Source: an uncultured Planctomycetota bacterium (lineage in GTDB: Bacteria > Planctomycetota > PUPC01). Taken from it: 38,507 bases of DNA. The notes beneath the pieces were generated by a model. The model saw only the letters and a program-made list of their open reading frames with translations, was not told the origin of the DNA and did not search any database. Both the position numbers and the translations under genes were made by a program. This document shows, piece by piece, positions 23,215-30,898 of this stretch. The stretch is taken from positions 1 to 38,507 of the forward strand of contig CAYXNI010000001.1 of assembly GCA_964466285.1 (NCBI GenBank). Reading direction: 5' to 3'. The stretch's first letter is position 1. Each line of letters starts with the position of its first letter.

Positions 23215-24600
23215 CTACGCTCGCAACTTGTCCACCAGGTACTCCACTATCCGGTCGAGGGGGACGCGGTCCTGCTGCATGGTGTCGCGGTGGCGGACGG
23301 TGGCGGCCCTGTCGTTCAGGCTGTCGAAATCGACCGTGACGCAGTACGGCGTTCCGATCTCGTCGTGGCGGCGGTAGCGCTTGCCGATGGAGCCGAGGAT
23401 GTCGTGCATGGCGGGCCAGCGCTTCCGGACGTCGTCGAACAGGGGCTTGGAGACGGCGATGAGCTCTTCCTTCTTCGAGAGCGGGAAGATGGCGGCCTTG
23501 CACGGGGCGACGGCGTTGTTCAGGCCGAGGACGACGCGCTTCTCGCCGCGGACTTCCTCCTCGCGGTAGGCGTCGCACAGGATGGCCAGGATCGCGCGGT
23601 TGAGGCCGAACGACGGCTCGACGACGTAGGGGATGTACTTTTCGCGGGTGATGGGGTCTTCGTATTCGAGCTTTTCGCCGGAGGCCTGGGAGTGCTGCTT
23701 GAGGTCGTAGTCGGTTCGTGAGGCGATGCCCTGGAGCTCGCCCCACTTGTCCCACGGGAACAGGTATTCGAGGTCGACGGTGCGGTTCGAGTAGTGCGAG
23801 AGCTCTGCCTTGTCGTGTTCGCGCCAGCGGAGTTTCGCGGGGCTGACGCCGATGGACTGGTAGAACTCCCACGACTCTTTCTGCCAGTGGCCGAAGTGTT
23901 CGAGCTCGGTGCCGGGCTTGACGAAGTACTCGATCTCCATCTGCTCGAACTCGCGCGTGCGGAAGACGAAGTTGCCGGTGGTGATTTCGTTGCGGAAGGC
24001 CTTGCCGATCTGGGCGATGCCGAAGGGCACGCGCATCCGCATCGACTGCTGGACGAGGACGAAGTTGTAGAAGATGCCCTGGGCGGTCTCGGGGCGGAGG
24101 TAGGCCTCGTTGTTGGCGTCCTCGATGGGGCCGACGTGGGTCTTGAACATGCAGTTGAACTTGCGGGCGTCGCCCAGCTCGCCGCCGCAGGTGGGGCAGA
24201 CGATGTGGTTCTCGCGGAGCAGGCGGGAGATCTCATCGAGCGAATGGCCGCTGAAGTCCTTGCCGAGCTTGTCGGCGAGCAGGTTGTCGCCGCGGAAGCG
24301 CTCGCGGCATTTCTTGCAGTCGACGAGCGGGTCGTTGAAGTTCTCGACGTGGCCGGAGGCCTGCCAGACCTTTGGGTTGACGATGATGGAGGAGTCGAGC
24401 CCGACCATGTCCTCGCGGCCGCGGACGAAGCGGTTCCACCAGATGTCCTTGACGTTGCGGGCGATCTCGACGCCGAGCGGGCCGAAGTCCCACTGATTCG
24501 CGAAGCCCTGGTAGATTTCGGAGCCGGGGAAGATGATGCCGCGGCGCTTGCAGAGGGACTTGATGTTCTTGAGGGCTTCGGACTCTTTCTCCTGGGCCAT
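23215..24600 (-). CDS. glyQS: glycine--tRNA ligase (homodimeric GlyQS type)
   Basis: ORF 23215-25047 trimmed to the in-frame ATG at 24600 (MAQEKESEALKNIKSLCKRRGIIFPGSEIYQGFANQWDFGPLGVE, the typical N-terminus). 461 aa with class II motifs. The upstream extension is low-complexity and overlaps the permease gene start region. Confidence 0.95.
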   Translation of the reverse strand: MAQEKESEALKNIKSLCKRRGIIFPGSEIYQGFANQWDFGPLGVEIARNVKDIWWNRFVRGREDMVGLDSSIIVNPKVWQASGHVENFNDPLVDCKKCRERFRGDNLLADKLGKDFSGHSLDEISRLLRENHIVCPTCGGELGDARKFNCMFKTHVGPIEDANNEAYLRPETAQGIFYNFVLVQQSMRMRVPFGIAQIGKAFRNEITTGNFVFRTREFEQMEIEYFVKPGTELEHFGHWQKESWEFYQSIGVSPAKLRWREHDKAELSHYSNRTVDLEYLFPWDKWGELQGIASRTDYDLKQHSQASGEKLEYEDPITREKYIPYVVEPSFGLNRAILAILCDAYREEEVRGEKRVVLGLNNAVAPCKAAIFPLSKKEELIAVSKPLFDDVRKRWPAMHDILGSIGKRYRRHDEIGTPYCVTVDFDSLNDRAATVRHRDTMQQDRVPLDRIVEYLVDKLRA

Positions 24601-24708
24601 GACTGTTCCTTTGCTTACACAGAGGTAATAATGGCGCCCTTCTCTCGCCGCAGAAGACGCGGAGACCGCGGAGCGCGGTGCAGGCCGGCGGAGCGCCGTG
24701 CGGGCCGG

Positions 24709-24737
24709 ATTATACCGGGGCGCTTGCCGGGTTTCAA
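24709..24737 (-). promoter_or_regulatory. sigma70-type promoter TTGAAA-N17-TATAAT for glyQS
   Basis: The minus strand reads TTGAAA (24737-24732), a 17-nt spacer, then a perfect TATAAT (24714-24709). This leaves a leader of about 100 nt. Confidence 0.55.
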
Positions 24738-24783
24738 GCGAAGGGGCCGCTTGAGTGAGCTTTTTCAGAGTGCGCTTTTTGTG

Positions 24784-24812
24784 TTGACACGACTCCGACG
24801 CCCGCGGAGAAT
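24784..24812 (+). promoter_or_regulatory. candidate promoter TTGACA-N17-GAGAAT for the permease gene
   Basis: A perfect -35 at 24784-24789 and a weaker -10 at 24807-24812. It is back-to-back with the glyQS promoter (47 nt between the -35 boxes). Confidence 0.3.
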
Positions 24813-24973
24813 ATGCGAGGGCTGGAGTGCCTGAAATGCGGGTGTGCGCATTTTCGGGTGATCTACACAAGCCCCTGGCCAGGCGCTCAACGGCTCCTTG
24901 GCATTGCCGGCCGCTTTGAGCGTCGGTCAACCCCCAGGCGCGTTGGCGCCGTCGTTCTGAAAAGGGGACTTCA

Positions 24974-26806
24974 TTGCAACTGAAGAGACGGCTAGGGTTG
25001 ATCCATGTTTTCTGCATTGCATCAGGGGCGATGATCAGCTCCGGCATTTTCGTGCTGCCGGGGCTGGCCTACACGAAAGCTGGCCCGGCCGTGGTGTTCT
25101 CGTACCTCCTGGCCGGGGCGCTCGCAGCCACAGGCATGCTGAGCACTGCCGAGCTTGCCACGGCCATGCCGAAGGCGGGAAGCGACTATTTTTCCATCAC
25201 CCGGAGCATAGGTCCGGCGTTTGGCATGATTGCGGGGGTTCTCAACTGGGTGTCGTTCTCGCTCAAGAGTGCTTTTGCCCTCGTGGGAATGGCCGCGGTG
25301 GTTCGGCTATTGGCTCCCATCGACATGCGCCTCACAGGGGTGGTCCTCGGCGTAGTCTTTGTAGGCATCAACCTCGTGGGGGTCAAGGAGGCGGCGCGCC
25401 TTCAGGTGGCCCTTGTTCTGGGGCTCATGGCGCTTATGCTGCTATACGTTTTCTACGGGTTGCCTGCGGTCAATCTACAGCAGTACGAGCCTTTCGTCCC
25501 ACACGGGTTCGGCGCTGTGTTCGCCACTGCCGGGTTCGTCTTTGTTTCATACGGCGGGCTGCTGAAGGTGGCAAGCGTGGCTGAGGAGGTGCGGAACCCC
25601 GGGCGCATCCTCCCCGCCGGGATGATCCTGTCGCTTGTCGTGGTGGGGCTCTGCTACGCCCTGATGGTCGGCGTGACAGTGGGGGTTCTGAGTGCCGAGC
25701 GACTGCGCACAACCCTTACGCCGATCACCGATTGTGCTGTCATTCTGATGGGGCGCGGGGGCGGGATTGCCCTGGCTGTCGCGGCCTCCCTGGCGTTCCT
25801 TACAACGGCCAACGCGGGAATCATGGCGGGTTCCCGTTACTTGCTGGCCCTGAGCCGCGACGGCATGCTGCCCGAGTCGGTTGGAAAGGTAGGGGCAAGG
25901 TTCCACACCCCGCATGTCGCGATTCTCGTGACCGGCGGTCTCGTGATTACACCGCTCTTCCTCGATCTCCGCATTCTCGTGGAATCTGCGTCCATTGGGC
26001 TGATCTTCACGAACATGTGCTCGCTCCTCGCGGTGATCGTGCTGCGGGAAAGCAGGTTGCAGAACTACCGACCCACCTTCCGAGCGCCACTCTATCCGTG
26101 GCTGCAGATCGCGGGCTTGCTCGGCTTCGCCTTCGTACTTCTGGAGATGGGCGAAGATGCATTTCTGATCAGTGCGACGCTGGCGGTCATCGGGTTCGGT
26201 ATCTACTGGTTTTACGGACGCCCCCGCGTCCAGCATGAATCTGCCCTCCTCCACCTTGTCCGGCGCCTCACTGCCCGAGAACTGGTCACCAGCACTCTGG
26301 AAGCGGAACTCAAGGAGATTATCCGCGAGCGGGACGCAATCATTGTAGACCGCTTCGATGAAATGACCGAGAAATGCCCGGTTCTTGATCTGAAGAGCAA
26401 GATGACACGGGATGCGTTCTTCTCGAAAGCTGCGGCGGTCATGGCTCCCCGAATGGAAGTGCCCGCGGAGAACTTGGTGCGCCTCTTGATTGCCCGCGAA
26501 GAAGAGAGCTCGACCGTGATCGCACCACACCTGGCAATCCCGCACATCATTGTGGAGGACTCGGCCCCGTTTGAGATGCTCATCGCGCGGTGCACACCGG
26601 GCGTCTATTTCAGTGAGGAGGCCCCCGAGGTGCGTGCTGTGATTCTGTTGGCGGGGTCAAGACAAGAACGCAACTTCCATTTGCGATGTCTGGCAGCTAT
26701 CGCGCAGGTCGCGCAGGCCAGGGATTTCGAGTCGCGCTGGCTCACAGCCCGGGGGGAACAGGATATTCGACACCTCTTCGTTCTGAGTGAACGCCAGCGT
26801 GAATGA
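24974..26806 (+). CDS. APC-superfamily amino-acid permease fused to a C-terminal PTS EIIA(Ntr/type-2)-like domain
   Basis: 610 aa with a TTG start. The N-terminal ~430 aa hold about 12 TM segments and begin with an APC-like FCIASGAMISSGIFVLPG. The C-terminus LLIAREEESSTVIAPHLAIPHIIVED...RAVILLAGS...HLRCLAAIAQV matches the EIIA type-2 pattern, including the conserved His. Confidence 0.85.
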   Translation: MQLKRRLGLIHVFCIASGAMISSGIFVLPGLAYTKAGPAVVFSYLLAGALAATGMLSTAELATAMPKAGSDYFSITRSIGPAFGMIAGVLNWVSFSLKSAFALVGMAAVVRLLAPIDMRLTGVVLGVVFVGINLVGVKEAARLQVALVLGLMALMLLYVFYGLPAVNLQQYEPFVPHGFGAVFATAGFVFVSYGGLLKVASVAEEVRNPGRILPAGMILSLVVVGLCYALMVGVTVGVLSAERLRTTLTPITDCAVILMGRGGGIALAVAASLAFLTTANAGIMAGSRYLLALSRDGMLPESVGKVGARFHTPHVAILVTGGLVITPLFLDLRILVESASIGLIFTNMCSLLAVIVLRESRLQNYRPTFRAPLYPWLQIAGLLGFAFVLLEMGEDAFLISATLAVIGFGIYWFYGRPRVQHESALLHLVRRLTARELVTSTLEAELKEIIRERDAIIVDRFDEMTEKCPVLDLKSKMTRDAFFSKAAAVMAPRMEVPAENLVRLLIAREEESSTVIAPHLAIPHIIVEDSAPFEMLIARCTPGVYFSEEAPEVRAVILLAGSRQERNFHLRCLAAIAQVAQARDFESRWLTARGEQDIRHLFVLSERQRE

Positions 26807-26921
26807 TCGGAGCACCGTGTTCTCTGTCGCGCCGCCGCTGGGTAGCTCCTGCCCAAGCGAAAAGCCACCCGAAAACACCCCGTGTTCAGAATGTAGACTC
26901 GCGCTGCGCAAGACGTCGAGC

Positions 26922-26950
26922 TTGAGTTTGCCCGCCGGAGGGCTTAGAAT
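26922..26950 (+). promoter_or_regulatory. candidate promoter TTGAGT-N17-TAGAAT
   Basis: Hexamers at 26922-26927 and 26945-26950, 48 nt upstream of the TPR gene ATG. Confidence 0.4.
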
Positions 26951-26997
26951 TGGGTGTCGGATCCTGGCCTTCCTGGGATCTTTAGCGGGGACATGAC

Positions 26998-28188
26998 ATG
27001 CGGTGCTGTTTGGTTGTGGTTTCTATGCTCGCCGTTCTGTCGGTGTGTTCGGGGACTCTGGGCGCGGAGGCGGGCGGAACAGGGCCGGGCGCCGAGCGCG
27101 GCGACCCGACGCTGCCGCTGCCGCTGAAAGGGCAGCCTGCGGGCTATTACTCGGCGTTGGCGAAGGTGCACACAACATATGGGCTGTACAAGGAGGCGGA
27201 GGTCCTGCAGCAGAAGGCGATCGAGCTCGAGAACGGCCGGGCGAAGAAGGAGCGGCTCTCCTACGAGCTGTATGACCTGATCTATTGTAAGGCGGGATGG
27301 TGGGACAAGGCCGCGGAGGAGATCGTGCGGACCATGAGCCTGGCGGAGCCGGGAAACGCGGTGCAGATGCGGAAGTATCACATGGACCGGGCACGCGCGC
27401 TGAACGAGGCCGGCCGAGCGGACGAGTACATCGTCGAGCTGGAGACGCTGGTGCAGTTGTCGGCCGACGAGGACGAGCGGGAGCGGGCGCTGCGGACGCT
27501 GCACCAGGCGCTGGAGCGGCTGGGGAAACTGGAGCCGAAGATCGAGCAGTACGAGGCGGCTGTGCGCAAGAATCCGAAGGATGTGACGACGCTGCGAATC
27601 CTGGCGGGGCTCTACTACGGGAGCGGGCTGCTGAACCAGCCGGCGAAGGCGATCGAGAAGATCGAGCAGATCCGGCAGGCGGAGCCGAAGGACGTGAACG
27701 CAGCGGAGCAACTGGCCCGGCTGTACGTCTCGACGAAGCGGGCGGCGAAGGCCGTGGCGGTCTACGAGGACCTCATGGACCTCAACGAACGCCGGTTCGA
27801 GGGGTACTTCACGGACGCTATCGCCATCATCCGCCCTGGCGGCAAGGACGCCGAGGCGATCGCGTGGTGTGAGAAGATCGCAAAGAAGTATCCGAAGAAG
27901 CCCGAGATTCTCGTGCGGATCGGGAACATTCACAACGAGCGGGGCGAGCTTGCCAAGGCGGCAGAGCAGTATCAGAAGGCGATCGCGCTGCTCGAACGGC
28001 CGATTGACAAGCTTCCGATGTATTTCCGGCTGATCGAGTGCCAGTTGGGCGCCCGGAAGTACGCGGAGGCGGAGCAGAGCTGCCGGGAGGCGAAGAAACT
28101 GGACATTCGCGTCGAGAGTATGAGCAAGAGGCTGCAGGATTTGCTTGACCGGTCGCTCCAGGGGCAAGGGAAGCCTCGCCAAGAGTGA
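26998..28188 (+). CDS. secreted TPR-repeat protein
   Basis: 396 aa. Signal peptide MRCCLVVVSMLAVLSVCSG, then multiple TPR-like helical repeats (for example LAGLYYGSGLLNQPAKAIEKIEQIRQAEPKD and AEQLARLYVSTKRAAKAVAVYEDLMDLN). Confidence 0.8.
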   Translation: MRCCLVVVSMLAVLSVCSGTLGAEAGGTGPGAERGDPTLPLPLKGQPAGYYSALAKVHTTYGLYKEAEVLQQKAIELENGRAKKERLSYELYDLIYCKAGWWDKAAEEIVRTMSLAEPGNAVQMRKYHMDRARALNEAGRADEYIVELETLVQLSADEDERERALRTLHQALERLGKLEPKIEQYEAAVRKNPKDVTTLRILAGLYYGSGLLNQPAKAIEKIEQIRQAEPKDVNAAEQLARLYVSTKRAAKAVAVYEDLMDLNERRFEGYFTDAIAIIRPGGKDAEAIAWCEKIAKKYPKKPEILVRIGNIHNERGELAKAAEQYQKAIALLERPIDKLPMYFRLIECQLGARKYAEAEQSCREAKKLDIRVESMSKRLQDLLDRSLQGQGKPRQE

Positions 28189-28212
28189 ACACAACGCGGT
28201 CAAAGGCCGCAA

Positions 28213-28274
28213 CCAAATGACGAATGACGGAATGTCTAATCAAATCAAATGCCGAATGTCCAAATGACGAATGA
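28213..28274. repeat. AAATGAC/GAATGAC heptamer-type repeat with a 15-nt perfect direct repeat
   Basis: ccaaatgacgaatga occurs at 28213-28227 and again at 28260-28274. Related gaatgtc units lie between them. Confidence 0.85.
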
Positions 28275-28419
28275 ATGCAGGCGGGCCTTGCGTGACGAGG
28301 GCGTCTCGCCCTCGTGTCGAATCCAGATCATCAACGCGGCCAAGATGGCCGCGTCACACTTTTCGGAGCATGGCACGACGAAAATGGCGGATTGTAGTAC
28401 GAGGAACACGAAAAGACAT

Positions 28420-28443
28420 GCCGGCCAATAAGCCGGCCAATAA
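28420..28443. repeat. perfect tandem duplication of the 12-mer gccggccaataa
   Basis: Copies at 28420-28431 and 28432-28443, 55 nt upstream of the URO-D-family gene. Confidence 0.9.
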
Positions 28444-28498
28444 GGCGAATGGCACGAGCACCGTGGGGAGCGGATGATCGTTTTTTCCGGGGAAGACG

Positions 28499-29587
28499 AT
28501 GGCACAGTATGAGGGCCTCCGAAGGCCGTTCAAGCACAACGGGCGGGGGCTGATCGACAATCTCGCGCGGAGGGGGACGCCCGACCGTGTGTACCACATG
28601 GAGCTGTTTCACGACGGTGAGATGGCGAACGCGATCATTCAACGGTTCGAACTCGACCGCGGCTTGAATGCCAATGACCCGGACTACTGGCGGAAGCGGC
28701 ACCTGGCGTTCGTGCGCTTCCTCGGATTTGACTACGTCTCCGCCGGCCCAGCGGGCCAGGAGTGGCCGCTGTACGGGACCGACGCGGACGACACTGCCGG
28801 CCTCTCGCGCGGCAAACGCCGGTACATGGACGAACGGCGCGGCCCCATCACCACCTGGGAGGAGTTCGAGAAGTATCCGTGGCCGGACCCGCACGCGCCA
28901 GGTCTGGCCGCCGAGATCGAGTGGTGGAACAAGAACCTGCCCGACGACATGGTGCTCTTCCTCGGAAGCATCGGACATTTCTGCGAGTTCCTCACGTGGC
29001 TGTTCGGTTACGAAAGCCTCTGCTACGCGCTCTATGACAACCGCGGCCTGGTGCGGGCGGTGTCGGACCGGCTCCTCGAATACTACCGCGTCGTCAATGA
29101 GCGCCTGCTGCAGTTCGAGCGGTTGAAGGCGCTCTGGCCGTCCGACGACATGGGCTACCGTGGAGGCACGCTGATTTCGCCGGACGACATGCGCGAGTTC
29201 TGTCTGCCGGGGCACAAGATGACGGCCGAGATGGCGCACAAGGCCGGCTGTCTCTGCCTCCTCCACAGCTGCGGTAACCTGAACGAGATCGTCGATGACC
29301 TGATCGACGGCGGGATCGACGCAAAGCACAGCTTCGAGGACACGATCGAAGACGTGCGCGGAGTGAAGAAGATGTATGGCCGCAGGATGGCGCTTATCGG
29401 CGGCATCGACGTGGATTTCCTGTGCCGCTCGGATGAGAAGGCAATCCGCAGGCGCGTGCGCGAGACGCTGGACATCTGCCAGCCAGGCGGCGGGTACTGC
29501 CTGGGCACCGGCAACAGCGTGACGAACTACATCCCGGTGGACAACTACCTGGCGATGGTGGACGAAGGACGGCTGTACGCGAGGTGA
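28499..29587 (+). CDS. uroporphyrinogen decarboxylase (URO-D) family protein (MtaA/CmuA-like or sugar-pathway paralog)
   Basis: 362 aa. The length and C-terminal pattern (HSCGNLNEIVDDLID.GIDA.HSFED, then GGGYCLGTGNSV) are typical of URO-D-family proteins. The specific function is not inferable. Confidence 0.75.
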   Translation: MAQYEGLRRPFKHNGRGLIDNLARRGTPDRVYHMELFHDGEMANAIIQRFELDRGLNANDPDYWRKRHLAFVRFLGFDYVSAGPAGQEWPLYGTDADDTAGLSRGKRRYMDERRGPITTWEEFEKYPWPDPHAPGLAAEIEWWNKNLPDDMVLFLGSIGHFCEFLTWLFGYESLCYALYDNRGLVRAVSDRLLEYYRVVNERLLQFERLKALWPSDDMGYRGGTLISPDDMREFCLPGHKMTAEMAHKAGCLCLLHSCGNLNEIVDDLIDGGIDAKHSFEDTIEDVRGVKKMYGRRMALIGGIDVDFLCRSDEKAIRRRVRETLDICQPGGGYCLGTGNSVTNYIPVDNYLAMVDEGRLYAR

Positions 29588-29596
29588 GGAATTCCA

Positions 29597-29624
29597 TTGC
29601 GGAAATGCGGCGGGACGCTACAAT
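29597..29624 (+). promoter_or_regulatory. candidate promoter TTGCGG-N16-TACAAT
   Basis: Hexamers at 29597-29602 and 29619-29624, 110 nt upstream of the oxidoreductase ATG. Confidence 0.35.
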
Positions 29625-29734
29625 GCCGGGCACGTAAGGCGGCTTCCGCTGGGAATCGTGCCGAGGCGGGAGCGTTTTGGCGCCGGCAGCGCGTGTGCCT
29701 GCCGGAATGTCAGTCTGTATGAGGAGAGGCAGGA

Positions 29735-30775
29735 ATGAAGCGTTTCAAGAGGCCCGAAGACATCAAGGTCGGAGCGGTCGGTTACGGGGGTGCGTTCAAC
29801 ATGGGTGCGGCGCACCTGAACGAGATGAAGAAGGCGGGGATGACGCCGGTGGCGGTGGCGGAGCCGGACGAGGCGCGCCGGAAGGTGGCCGAGAAGGATT
29901 TCCCTGGCATTCAGACCTTCCCTTCCGTGACCGAGATGCTCAAGAAGTCGGACGTGAATCTGCTGGCGATCATCACGCCGCACAACACGCACGCGAGGCT
30001 CGCAATGCAGTGCCTGAACGCGGGTCGGCACGTGGTGTGCGAGAAGCCGCTGGCGATCACGACGGAAGAATGCGACAAGATGATCGCGGCGGCGAAGAAG
30101 AGCGGCGTCGTCCTGTCGACGTATCACAACCGTCACTGGGATGGATGGATTCTGAACGGGGTGAAGCAGATCAAGGAGCAGGGGGTCATCGGGGACGTCA
30201 TCCGGATCGAGGCCAGGATGTGCGGCTACGGCAAGCCGGGCGACTGGTGGCGCACGAGCAAGTCGATCTCGGGCGGCATCCTGTATGACTGGGGCGTCCA
30301 CCTGCTGGAGTACGCGCTGCAGTTGATCGACTCGGAGATGGTCGAGGTAGCGGGTTACGCGAAGACCGGGTTCTGGGCGAAGGAGACCAAGTGGAAGGAC
30401 GACACGAACGAGGACGAGGCGATCGCCATGGTGCGATTCAAGAGCGGGCAGTGGCTGCAGTTGCACATCTCGTCCATTGACTCCTTCCCGAAGAATGACC
30501 ACGGGCCGCTCGAGATCACGGGCACGAAGGGCACGTACATTATGGGCTTCGGGCAGTGGAAGACGATCGTTCACGCCGGCGGCAAGACGGTCACGACAAC
30601 CGGCGGCGACCCGGCGGGCGAGGGCTGGAAGCTGTACCAGAACATCGCCGATCACCTGGTGAAGGGCAAGCCGCTCGTCATTACTCCGGAGTGGGCTCGG
30701 CGTCCGATCCACATCCTGGACCTGGCGAACAAGAGCGCGAAACTGGGCAAGGCGATCAAGACCCGGTACAAGTAG
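29735..30775 (+). CDS. Gfo/Idh/MocA family oxidoreductase
   Basis: 346 aa. N-terminal Rossmann region IKVGAVGYGGAFNMG, EKP motif (VVCEKPLAIT) and a typical C-terminal alpha/beta domain. GAGGAGAGG SD. Confidence 0.9.
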   Translation: MKRFKRPEDIKVGAVGYGGAFNMGAAHLNEMKKAGMTPVAVAEPDEARRKVAEKDFPGIQTFPSVTEMLKKSDVNLLAIITPHNTHARLAMQCLNAGRHVVCEKPLAITTEECDKMIAAAKKSGVVLSTYHNRHWDGWILNGVKQIKEQGVIGDVIRIEARMCGYGKPGDWWRTSKSISGGILYDWGVHLLEYALQLIDSEMVEVAGYAKTGFWAKETKWKDDTNEDEAIAMVRFKSGQWLQLHISSIDSFPKNDHGPLEITGTKGTYIMGFGQWKTIVHAGGKTVTTTGGDPAGEGWKLYQNIADHLVKGKPLVITPEWARRPIHILDLANKSAKLGKAIKTRYK

Positions 30776-30804
30776 CCGGCAGGTTCACTTTCTGCGCATG
30801 AGTA

Positions 30805-30846
30805 CCCGCCCGGCAGGCCGCGATGCTTGCCGGGCGGGTTTGTTTT
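30805..30846 (+). terminator. rho-independent terminator
   Basis: 13-bp stem cccgcccggcagg / cttgccgggcggg (one G-U pair), 8-nt loop, then tttgtttt. Starts 30 nt after the oxidoreductase stop. Confidence 0.8.
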
Positions 30847-30850
30847 GGCG

Positions 30851-30898
30851 CGGCTCAGGCCGGGGCCGGCTCAGGCCGGGGCCGGCTCAGGCCGGGGC
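30851..30898. repeat. three perfect tandem copies of the 16-mer cggctcaggccggggc
   Basis: Copies at 30851-30866, 30867-30882 and 30883-30898. The copy at 30883-30898 contains the histidine kinase stop codon (tca at 30887-30889). Confidence 0.95.

Noticed and set aside
24601-25047. 149-aa N-terminal extension of the glyQS ORF as listed in the ORF track.
   Set aside because: The canonical GlyQS N-terminus begins at the ATG at 24600, which has an upstream AAAGGAAC. The extension is low-complexity, would run across a consensus promoter (24709-24737), and would overlap the divergent permease start.
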